A DNA stretch of 63,392 bases, filler included, from Octopus bimaculoides (lineage: Eukaryota), in NCBI RefSeq assembly GCF_001194135.2. It is 5 parts of 5 records of this genome, joined end to end, with 100 filler letters (N's around TTAATTAATTAA, not from the genome) between each part and the next. Parts side by side here need not be neighbours in the genome. Positions count along the whole stretch, not along the records: positions 35,035 to 47,425 come from NC_069006.1; positions 47,526 to 60,738 come from NC_068992.1; 3 more parts are not named here. One strand, 5' to 3'. The notes beneath the pieces were generated by a model, which had not been told where the DNA came from, did not search any database, and saw only the letters and a list, made by a program, of their open reading frames with translations. This document shows positions 42,308 through 53,262 of this stretch, piece after piece (within the stretch, counting starts at the first letter, position 1; each line of letters begins with the position of its first letter). The position numbers and the translations under genes are program-made.

Positions 42308-42620
42308 TGCAGGCATGGCTGTGTGGTAAATAGCTTGCTTGCCAACCACATGGTTCCGGGTTCAGTCCCACTGCGTGGCACCTTGGCCATGTGTCTTCTA
42401 CTACAGCCTCAGGTCTGCCAAAGCCTTGTCAGTGGATTTGGTAGACAGAAACTGAAAGAAACATGTCGTGTATATGTATATATTTATATGTATGTTTGCA
42501 TGTCGCTTGACAACCCATGTAGGTGTGTTCACATCCCTGTAACTTAGCCGTTCGGCAAAAGACACCAATAGAATAAGTACTAGGCCTACAAAGAATAAGT
42601 CCTGGGGTCAAAATTTGATG
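42305..42620 (+). mobile_element. Family A SINE
   Basis: Full head, body and partial tail like the 13074 copy. Minus-strand copies at ~39995-40075 and 43641-43792. Confidence 0.85.
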
Positions 42621-43019
42621 CTGTGAGATAATGCCTGATGAATTCAAAACATGAATAAATGTTATATTTGACAGAGCAATCTGAATCTTGTTCAATGATC
42701 AAATATAAACACCTGATTTTTCTCGGGTAATGTGTTCATCATAATCTGTGTGAGTTCTCTTCTCAGCTGTGTTTTAATCAGCAAACAAAATCCTCACTGA
42801 CGTTTGAACCTGTTGCAAAGTAGCTCCTGTGGTCCTGCTGTTGACATTGTTCTTTCCTTGGTAAAGACACTTGACTCTATTTGCACTACTTCTCAATCAA
42901 TACCAGTATGATGTGTATTGTACCGAGTGGTCGGCACATAGTATTTGCGATACACATGACAGTTCCTGTTGTTAATTAAATAGGTAGCAGTAGTAGTAGT
43001 AGTAGTAGTCGTTCCTTTG

Positions 43020-43420
43020 ACAGTTCATGATCATAAGGTTGTGAATTAGATTCCAGGTAGTGCGTTATGTCCACGAGCAAAACACTTTATCCCACGTTGC
43101 TCCAGTTCACTCAGCTGGCAAAAATGAGTCATACCTGTAATTCAGAGGGGGCCAGCCTTGTCACACTCTGTGTCAAGCTGAATCTCCCCGAGAACTTACA
43201 TTCAGGGTATGCATGTCTGTGGAGTGCTCAGCCACTTGTACGTTAATTACACAAGCAGGCTGTTCCACTGTAAAGTGGTTGGCATTAGGGAGGATATCCA
43301 TCCCTTTAAACCAAACCAAATCTGGAACCTGGAGCAGCTCTCCTGCTTACCAGCTTTGGTTAAACCAACCAACCAACCAACCCATTCCAGCATGGAAAAC
43401 AGACGTTAAAGGATGATGAT
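43020..43420 (+). mobile_element. Family C SINE with RTE-like (GAT)n tail
   Basis: Decayed B box GATTCCAGG, CTCCAGTTCACTCAGCTGGCAAAAATGAG core, ends GGAAAACAGACGTTAAAGGATGATGATGAT. Confidence 0.7.
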
Positions 43421-44760
43421 GATGATTTTCCATGCTTGCATAGGTCAGATACAATTGTTGAAACCAAATTTCTAGGTCCAGGCTCCCTTCTTGTTGCCAA
43501 CCTTCACCTGTTTCTAAGTAACATAATATTTTCCCATATTTTCTGGCAAGATCAGAAACAGGGGCCACCAGTTGTTTGACAGGGATGCTTATTGGCAAGA
43601 CAAGTACAAAGAGAGTCTAACAAATACACACACACTTAATGGGCTTCTTTCAGTTTTTGTCTATCATGCATTCACCAGGCCTTATTCAAGCTGGGGCTAC
43701 AGTAGAAGACACTTGCCCAAGGTACTGGGCAGTGGGACAGAACCCAAAATCATATGGTTTGGAAAGCAAACTTCTTAACCATGAAGCCAATACATACATA
43801 CATACATATCATTATGGTAGTTAAATGCAGATATTATTACAGAGATTTTATAATCCGATAATCATTGTAGCCCTATTTTAACTGCTACCCTGCATTGTAT
43901 GTAAGCAAACACTTGCATGATTTGTGCAGATCAATCTGTGGTGGATCAATACCACAGCAGATTTTCAAGTGCCTCATCTCTATTAATTCTACTTTGTTGA
44001 TTTTTTTCCCAACTCCATATATGGACCTATTGTTTTTCTTTTATTGATGGATAAGTAATGTCAATATTATGGCATGGAGGATTTGATGAATCAGCAGGAA
44101 ACAAAAAGTGGAACACTGGACTAAATGCCTTTCACTATTAATTTCTTCCTTTTGTTCAGAATTTACTTTTTCTCTAACTTCCTAGCAACATACTGGAGGA
44201 AGTTTAATTGGTTTCTGCGCCGCCTTCCCAACTCCCGTGTAAAATTTATCCCAGTGCCTCGTTAAAACAAAAATATAGAATTAAAAAAAACAAATGTCAT
44301 GTTAAGGTTTCTTGATAACAATAACTCGCTTGTATGCAACGGTGGTTAGTACAAATTGGGTAGTAGATGTGTGTGTGTGTGGAGGGGGGGTCGTTCTGGC
44401 CGGCCCTAAACACAGACAGACATGACAAGGAGGTAGGGTAGTTGTTTTATTTAAACACTTGGTTCAGCATACCAAATGCATGTCATACTTCACACTGGTA
44501 TGAGGCCATTTTTCTGTTTGCTTAACCTGTCTACATTGCACACGTCATTGTTCAAGTGTCATCAAAACGTTGAATAATACACCTCTTTGTAGACATTCTC
44601 CCTCTGTCTGTCCATCTCTCGCTCACTTGCAAAGTTGTGAAGGGGCAAGTCTTCATTAAGATTGAGTTTTTTTTTTTTGTTTTTTTTTTTACCATTTGCA
44701 TGTCATTACAATTTCATTGGTGGTGATGTAAATCTTACGATGTTGTTATCTGTTTTTTTA

Positions 44761-44982
44761 CCCTTTTGTTACCATATTTCTGTTGAGATGCTCTGTGTTT
44801 CTTTCAATTAATTTGAAATATAACAAAGAATTTAGTAAAATAACTTCGTTATCATTAAGCTAGTGTTAGGAACATAAATTGTGACTAAGGTTTGATGGAA
44901 GATTTTAAGTCAAAACTTTTGAAAACAAGACATTTGTACTCCAGAGCCAGAGGCAGTTTCAGCCAGGTTGGTATCAAAAGGA
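44761..44982. mobile_element. piggyBac-type MITE
   Basis: Left TTTA|CCCTTTTGTTACCA and right TGGTATCAAAAGGA|TTAA form ~14-bp TIRs with a TTAA-like target. Confidence 0.7.
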
Positions 44983-45040
44983 TTAAATGATCCAATAATG
45001 GTTTGTATTGGGACTACACACAGCATGCCTATACATACAT

Positions 45041-45087
<47 letters not shown>

Positions 45088-46164
45088 TATACCTACATAC
45101 GTATGTACATACGTAGGTGTAATTGTGTTGCATAATGTAATCTTTACAGATGAGTATTGAATGAATAGCAATGATGTAAGTTGGTCGACAACTTGCTCTG
45201 AATCTGACATGCTTATACTTAAACAAACAAAGAATCACCATCTGTGATATTTCCTTCACAGATATTTGTTGAGAAACTAGGGCAGAAGTAACAACAACAA
45301 GAAAACAGGAAAAAAAAAAAGAAACATTGATAGATTTCTGTTGTGTCTTCCTATGCCTGTGGCTGTGTGGTAAGAAGCTTGCTTCCCAGCCACATGGTTC
45401 TGGGTTCAGTCCCACTGCATGGCACCTTGGGCAAGGGAAATATGGGTAATGGGCTTCTTCCGGTTTCCATTTACCACATCCACTCGCAAAGCTTTGGGCG
45501 GCCTGGGGCTATAGTGGACGACTCTTGCTTGAGGTACCCATACAGCTACGCCTGCATTTAATACAGAATTAATTTGGCAACAAGTTTTATTGTGTTAGCT
45601 CCAAGTAGAAACCATCTTTATTTATTTATTTTCTTTTGCCAATTCTCTGAGCTAGTTGCAATTTAGAATAGCAAGAAGGAAGTAATTTATTTCTGAGAAA
45701 TATATTTAAACAAAGAATTCAGGAGAGGGAACCAAAAAGAAGTTAAGTTTGCCGTGAATTTTATGGCTGAATGAAAGATAGAAAAGAGTGAGATTATGTA
45801 ATGTAGATAAAATTCTCTTGTTATCAGCATAAAGGTCATTTTAATATCGGTCTGTTGCGGTGGCGCTGGTGATAAACGATTTGTTGTACAACCAGGTGGC
45901 GGCAGGGTGGGAGTGGGAGGTCTACAGAGTTAAAAATACGAACACCAGTCAAATGTTAATGGCTTTTGTTGATCTAATTCATCGATTGATTTCATTGATA
46001 AATTTTTTTTCCTAATGTCGCTGACATTTTTTTTTTTTTGTTTCTGATTTTTAAAAAATTGTTTTTATATTGATTTACATACTGGAATTCTGTTGGTCAT
46101 CCTTTTTTTTTTTTTTTCTCTCTCTTCATTTGTTTATTTATTTATTGTCTTTCTGTCTTTCAAG

Positions 46165-46330
46165 AAATTCCGAAATCTACGAGTCTAACCAAGAAAATGC
46201 TCAAATGATCCATTTTTCAAACATTGAACCTACTCACATATCTAATAAGAGACCTCGGCTAGGAGACTTTCGTCCTGACTTGACCCAGCCTCTTAAAATT
46301 GATACAACTGGTGAAGGAGAGGTTAAAAAG
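46165..46330 (+). CDS. NCOR: NCoR/SMRT-family corepressor, exon B
   Basis: ctgtctttcaag|A AAT TCC...AAA AAG|gtttgt encodes ...HISNKRPRLGDFRPDLTQPLKIDTTGEGEVKK with the KRPRL motif. Phase 2 in, phase 0 out. Confidence 0.85.
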
Positions 46331-46535
46331 GTTTGTTTCTGTCTCTTGATTATTTTAACATGAAAAATTCTTTTGATAACAGAATCTGCTCTTTTAAAAA
46401 AAATCAAATCTCACTTGGAAAAATAATGAGATTTCAAGATAGCATGGAAATCCAAGAGAATGAGACAAGGCAGCTGCTTGCTATCCCGAAGAAAGGTGAA
46501 AAAAAAGTTAAGGTTACCTTTTCAAGTTGTGCTGA

Positions 46536-46712
46536 CTCATGAGGGCCGGTTTCCCGGTTTCATGGCATATAAATTCCCCACCTGGACAGGATACCAGTCT
46601 TATTTTTGCCAGCTGAGTGGACTGGAGCCACATGTCACCCGGTCCAGGAATCGAACCCACAATCATACGATCATGTATCCAACACCCTAACCACTAAGCC
46701 ACGTACCTCCAC
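46536..46712 (-). mobile_element. Family C SINE
   Basis: Reverse complement has TGGCTTAGTGGTTAGG A box, GGTTCGATTCC B box and CTCCAGTCCACTCAGCTGGCAAAAAT core. Confidence 0.85.
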
Positions 46713-46923
46713 ATCCCAAAAAAGGAGTTCCAGGAATGCTTCCATCTGTGGCTTCAGAAGAAAAATTAATTAAATGTCAAATTGATATATGTTGTAGTTC
46801 CCTTTTTTTTTAGCAGACCATGTATAGTCTCTCTGTTATGCTATAATCCTTTCTCTATTTTACATTAAGAACCTGCATATAATCTTATAATTGCTATTTT
46901 ATAATCCTAAAATATATTGTATA

Positions 46924-47141
46924 TGAGAGGGTGCTGAAAAATTCCTGGCTTTAAGGATATCACAAAAGGCCTGGTTGGAGGCCTGACCTTCCAAGGTCTT
47001 TTACAGGGCTTAGAAAAACTGAAGGACCCCTGCAATAATTGTGAATGTGAGAGGGGAATATGTTGAATAAAATCATAATCAACTGATCCTCATCCTGTAT
47101 TTTCTTTCGTCCAAAGCCAGGAACTTTTCAGCATCCCCTCC
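46924..47141 (+). mobile_element. Mariner-derived MITE
   Basis: TA|TGAGAGGGTGCTGAAAAATTCCTGGCTTT ... AAAGCCAGGAACTTTTCAGCATCCCCTCC|TA: ~29-bp TIRs, TA TSD, internal remnant of the mariner C-terminus (GLEKLKD..RGEYVE*). Confidence 0.9.
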
Positions 47142-47189
47142 TAATACGACCATCCTTATAAATGCTATACAATCTCTATTTCATAACAG

Positions 47190-47351
47190 GAGCCTGCTTA
47201 TAATCCTCAAGTTGAAGCCATATCTCCTACGTTACCAAACGATGAAAGTGCTAACCGTGCTTCGAAAGATTTTCTTCTGCAAGCTATCAGCAGAGTGGAC
47301 AGGGAGATTTTAAAAGTGGAACAGGATATTCTTAAATTGAAGAAGAGTCAG
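47190..47351 (+). CDS. NCOR: NCoR/SMRT-family corepressor, exon C (GPS2-interacting coiled-coil start)
   Basis: tcataacag|GAG...CAG|gttggt encodes EPAYNPQVEAISPTLPNDESANRASKDFLLQAISRVDREILKVEQDILKLKKSQ, matching NCoR VEAISP and SKEELIQSMDRVDREIAKVEQQILKLKKKQ. Confidence 0.93.
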
Positions 47352-47425
47352 GTTGGTTGCATAAACAAACACAATTTTTGTATCTTTTTTGTTTCTTATA
47401 AATTGTTTTTTTGGTATTCTTTATT

Positions 47426-47525
47426 NNNNNNNNNNNNNNNNNNNNNNNNNNNNNNNNNNNNNNNNNNNNTTAATTAATTAANNNNNNNNNNNNNNNNNNN
47501 NNNNNNNNNNNNNNNNNNNNNNNNN
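47426..47525. other. Artificial scaffold-join spacer
   Basis: N44 + TTAATTAATTAA (47470-47481) + N44. Confidence 0.97.
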
Positions 47526-47537
47526 ATATATATATAT

Positions 47538-47599
<62 letters not shown>

Positions 47600-48759
47600 G
47601 GAGCAAAACGCATATAATCAATAAGTTAGTTACATCACTGTAACGTAGCGGTACGGCCTCAATGCAGTCAACATACATAGCATAGAAGGCTTTAAAACAA
47701 GACCCGGTGTCGATTTTTTCGACTGAACCACAAAAGACGGTTACACAGAATGACTGCAGTTCAATGACTGAAACAAGTAAAAGATAAAAGATAAATGATT
47801 TTAGACATCACTGAGACGGAAATGCAATTTATTTTCTTGAGACTTACAACAGTATGTGACATTGTACGACGCTCAGCAGCTGTCGAATTGATTATTCTAC
47901 ATTAAAAGCCATTTAAACCTCTGTGATGTGTTGTATATTAAAACATTTTATAACCATGGAGATATATATTATGGCCTTATATATCTAATAAAAGGATTAA
48001 ACTAGGAATGCAACACCGGCTGAAACCTATTGGTTTACTTCATAGTAGACCTTCGTGAGGTCATTACCGACGTCACTTATAAGTAACGTTAATAGTACGA
48101 GAAAACAATCTAGAGAAAGCTAACAATTTAAATCATATCAGATCTGTATTTATAGTGTATTGTCATTTACATACATTCATGTGCTTAAAGTGAAAATCCT
48201 TTCAAAATATGTCTACATCAAAAAAATTAAAATAATATGCAATTACTTTCAGTTTCAGTTTTAATTGAGTTGTCTCGAAATGTCAAATTTGCATTTTATA
48301 TAACCCCTGTGTTTCTGCGAAAAAATTTATTGATCTTGAGTTCAAATTTGTTAACTTTCGTATTAAATTTTATGTTATATTTGCTTTAAGTAAATTAATA
48401 GTTTAATTATTTTTTATTAGATTTTAATAAAAATTCATTTACAACCAAATTTGATGTTTATGAACCATTATTAATCAGAAATAAACAAAATTTTAATAAT
48501 ATTTTATTTGTAATCTAATCACAAGCAACGAAATATTAGGAAAGAAATATTACTTAGACATCAGAATATTTCAAACACACAACTTAACATGATTAAGTGA
48601 AAAAAGCTTGCATGAAAGTTTTATATATGATTTATCTGAGACAGATTGTGAATATATATCTCTAGAATATTTCAATAGTCCAATGTTTTGTCACAACTTT
48701 ATTTAAAATCTATAACAAAACTATAGGTGTTCTAACGTATTTTGTAAATATTTGCATGT

Positions 48760-48796
<37 letters not shown>

Positions 48797-48830
48797 GTAA
48801 AAAATTAATGAGTGTATGGGTTACATAAAT

Positions 48831-49660
48831 AATATTTTCAGGATTAAAAAAAGGGCAACAAACGGAAAATATGACGTACCTATACGTGTAGTAAATAAAC
48901 AAACGAACAGATACTAAACACACTGGCAAACAGAAAACATAGAATGTCTCAAATTCTTCATCAGTTATCGACCAGAGGTATTAAACGCTATTTCAGCCAT
49001 CGTAATGAAAATATAATTTGTTACGGACGCACTCATTATTTCTTTGTCCATTTGCTTCACTTAATTTCCTTTCATTCTCTCTTTCACTCGCTCTTTCACT
49101 ATGTCTCTTTCTCTGTTACGTTCCTCCCAGTAACACGCGACAACCTAAGGCGGCGTTATTCCTTTCCGCGTTGTCTCCGACCGCACTCGACACGATTTTC
49201 TGAACTCCTCGCTCTACTCCATCCATGTCTATCGTCCTCTAGTACAATTTACATCTCTCCTTCTTGTTATCCACTTTTGCCTTGTCATGCAGCACCAAGG
49301 CTTAATTGTTGTCTTCATGTGGCGTTAAGCCTTTATTCCCTTTATTATTTTGTCCCTCGTCCGTCCAGAAATGGTCTCGTCTCTAGTCCGTCTCGTTTTC
49401 TTATGTTTTGATCCCATCCCCCCAAAAATTTCTTTTCGGTGCCCCCAGAGTGGAAGCAATATTATCGATAATGGCTGAAATTGCATTTGACCACTCCCAC
49501 CGATAACTAATGAAGAATTAGGAACCTTCTGTAATTTCTGTTCACCTGTGTATTTTGTATATGTTTGTTTATTTACTACACGTTTTTCTTTTAATTATAT
49601 ATATATAGGTATGTCATATTTTCCGTTTATTGTCTTTTTATTTAACCCTGAAAAAAATAT
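48831..49660. repeat. Diverged inverted repeat, arms ~170-190 bp
   Basis: Arms 48831-49002 and 49470-49660 share ATGGCTGAAAT, CGATAACT(G/A)ATGAAGAATT, TTTGTTTATTTACTACACGT and ATAGGTA(C/T)GTCATATTTTCCGTTT in opposite orientation. Confidence 0.85.
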
Positions 49661-49729
49661 ATACATATATAGATAGATACATACATGCATAAATGCATCT
49701 ATATATGCCTATATATATACATAAATGTA

Positions 49730-49798
<69 letters not shown>

Positions 49799-50679
49799 CC
49801 CTGCTATACACTTCTGTCTCTTCCTCCTTGTTCCACTTCCCACTCTACCATCCTCACTCTTTCTCTATCTTTCTATCTATCCCTCTATTTATCTACCTAT
49901 CTATCTTTCTTCTTACCCATCTCCCACTCTCGCTCTGCTCCCTTCTGTTGTCTTGGCATCTACTTCACTGCGAAACACTTCTGTCTCTTCCTCCTTCTTC
50001 CACTTCCTCCCTACACCATCCTCTCTGCTCTCGTGTGACCTGTGGTCAACTTTCTTTTCACTCTTTTCACTCAGATTCGCGTTTGCCCGTACGTCTTTTT
50101 TATGTTGTTTTCACTGTTCAATTTTTCCTGTCTTGGTTTGTGTTTGCCACCTTGGAATCCTCTGTTTAGTGGGTTGATCCACTACTCAGGAAGAGACTGT
50201 TCTAGAGTACGTTCTGCATTATCTTCGAAATGTCGGGTTAGAATAGAGGCAGCTGATGAAGGAATATTCCAAGGTGTTTTCCGCTTCCCTATGTGTTCGT
50301 TCCGTTGTCTGTAGTTCATTGTTCTAACGCCCTGTACCCTGATGTGCATCTATATACACATGTAGATGTAAGTATGTACATATATGTGTGTATACATGCA
50401 TATATATTCTTTGTATTATATATATTATATAATATATAAACACTTTTCGGTGTTTGCATGAAATTGCTATATTATTATATTCGGACAATCAAGCAGCAAA
50501 TTGTGAGGAGTATATACTATAGCATGATTTTTCCCCCTTAATATTGAAGGATAGGAATATTTTCAAAAAACAAATAAATAAATAAATAACAAGCTGTCAT
50601 AAATTTATACTAAAACAATGCACCGATTTTATTGGCATTGATTCTTGAATCTGGCTTATAATATACCTTTCCGTAATAC

Positions 50680-51135
50680 GCACAAGGCCAGAAATTTTGA
50701 GGGAGGGAGCCAGTCGATTAGGTCGACTCAGTACGCAACTGGTACTTAATTTACATTATTTAGTGGTTAAGGGCGCGGGCTACTAACCCCAAGATTCCGA
50801 GTTCGATTCCAGGCAGTGACCTTAATGATAATAATAATAACATCAAAAAATACCTTAGGAATGAGAACCCAGGTTCGAAATCTCCCCAAGACACCTGATA
50901 AAGGCTGGAGGAAATATCAGCGACAAATATCTGTCAAATATAAATAATATAAATAATGTAAATAATGTAAATAATTCCTCCTCTTAAATATAGAACTGGT
51001 AGTTAATTTATCGGCCCCGAAATGATGAAAGGCAAAGTCGACCTCGGCGAAGTTTTAACTCAGAACGTGAAAATGAGTGAAATACTGCTAAGGATTTTGT
51101 CCAGCGTGCTAACGATTCTACCAGCTCACCGACTT
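50680..51135 (-). mobile_element. Family B SINE interrupted by a younger insertion
   Basis: The two halves (50680-50753 and 51010-51135) join into a complete family B copy. Confidence 0.85.
50754..50993 (+). mobile_element. Nested tRNA-derived SINE (family D) with 17-bp TSD
   Basis: TAGTGGTTAAGG A box, GAGTTCGATTCC B box, tandem AAATAATGT tail. Flanked by AACTGGTACTTAATTTA (50737-50753) and AACTGGTAGTTAATTTA (50994-51010). Confidence 0.85.
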
Positions 51136-53262
51136 AGTCTCGCTTGTAATAATGCAATCCTTTCTGGTGTCAATATTTTGCATCTCCTCTAATGCAGTCA
51201 CTTTACTTTCACTATTGTACAGCATTATTTTTATGGAAATATTACATACTTCAGAACTACACCGCAGCCAAGCTGGGGCATCACCTTTAGGTACTTTAGT
51301 TGAATGAATCGACCAAAATAGTTCTATTTTTTAACCCCGGTAATTATTTTATCGGTGTCTTTTACCAAACCGCTACGTTATGGAAGTCGACAAACCGACA
51401 TCGGTTGTCAAACTGAGGACGGTAGCAAACACGGAAACAATGATACATACATAGAAATATGCATTTAATAAAAAAAATCTTATGGACTCGAATTTCAAAT
51501 AACGACTCCGAAAACACTTAAGGATATGATTGATGTTGACAATATTTGAATTTAGATAGCAGTGTACAGAAATAAATAACATACGTTGTACCTAATGCTA
51601 CATGTTTTCTGTATCAAATATATAAACTACGGAAGTCTCATCAAATCTCTCTAGCAAAACATGTGCCTCAAAGGTATTGACATAGATATTAACATTCTCA
51701 ACGGTTTACATAATTTACAGGTTCCTAATCATTGCACTTCTCAGCAGGATTAATGACTGAAAAATTAGTATTTATTTCGATATCAACTGGTATTTTTTTC
51801 TATTGTAGGTTCTACAGTCTTTCTAATATCCCTTTTTTCATTATTGATATTCATTGCCGTTACAAATTCCTCTATGACCAGAATTTGATCTCTCATTAAA
51901 GGGTGAATTTCTTCAATGTTGTGAAGAATATATTAGATATAATAACACACATGCAAGATAAGGTTTCACATTAGTTAGCATGGACATTATTTTAAGTGGA
52001 TATAAACCTGAAAGGTCAGCACACAATTCATTATGGCTAATTTGATAAACTAGATTACAAATAGATTTAGTTCAAAAATCCTATTTATCAATATTCAGCG
52101 TCAAGGAACTTTTAGGAATTCAGATGCATTGTTATTATCTTCCACTAATTTCTTGCCATATCTGATGATTATCTCTAAGCAGGCATGCGAGTCATCCAAC
52201 TCGTTTTTATGAATATGTTTGTGGAAAATACACGACAGTTTAAAAACAGCAACCAAGATGTTTAAAGAACTGAATTGACTTTATCATATCATCAGAGCGG
52301 AAGGCTATATGGTGAGAAATATGTTCGAAGGCACAACATATACTGCAAGAAAATATTTTCATTAGCTAATTGGCTTAGGCTGGGTAGTGGGTAAGCGTGT
52401 AATCATAACATATTTTAATTCAGCATGCGTAAATTTTAAATTTAATTTTGTATATCCAGCTATGAAGAAGCGTGTTTAAACGCACGTAAAATCATCTACC
52501 TCTAATTTAATTCTTGTCCACATTTTTTAATAGGCATAGTGAAATTAACTGAAGCTACTGATGTAATACTCTTATCGTCTTTTGTACGCATTTAGTTAAG
52601 CACAGCCGACTTAGAGATTACAATTAATTCTTTTATCGATAGAGTTTTTTTTTTCTTTCAAACAGAACTTATACAGGTATCTATTGGACAGAGATTAAAA
52701 GAATGTTTTTTTTTTATCATACATCTTACACTAGAAAGAAATAATATCTCGGTTTGTACAATTCTGATATTGTTGAAAATTCCTTGGTAAACAACAATTT
52801 TGTCCACAACATGGTGCATTTGCACTAGAGGTAATCTTAGCCAATTTATCGGAGCCAACAGCAGTGTTTTCATCAAGTCACACAATGTGTAACAGTTACG
52901 AGTCTCAACTACAACTCAAATTAATTCTATACTATTGTTTTCTGGGGAATTTCAGTTATAAATGAATCGAGAAGTATTTGTTTCTGTTCATGTCAGCACT
53001 GATGATTTAGAAGTTACATTTCAACTTAGCTTCTTGAAAAAGTGACTTTTCACACATTTTCTACAAACTGTGGTCGAGTATTCCTAAGTCACCTTCTTGT
53101 GCGAGAATTCGACATCATTAGAAGGCTGGAAGGAAGAGTTTCAATAAATCTATTAGGCGTCATTGCATTTGCTTTTCGTTTGTTTTTATTAAAGAGCTGA
53201 GAATGTTCTTCTTTGCATAACTCATCTTAATATCTTAATAGAGACATTTGATTGGCCTAATG

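Noticed and set aside
50760-50820. tRNA gene
   Set aside because: It lacks the 5' acceptor stem, continues into a SINE tail and is flanked by a TSD.
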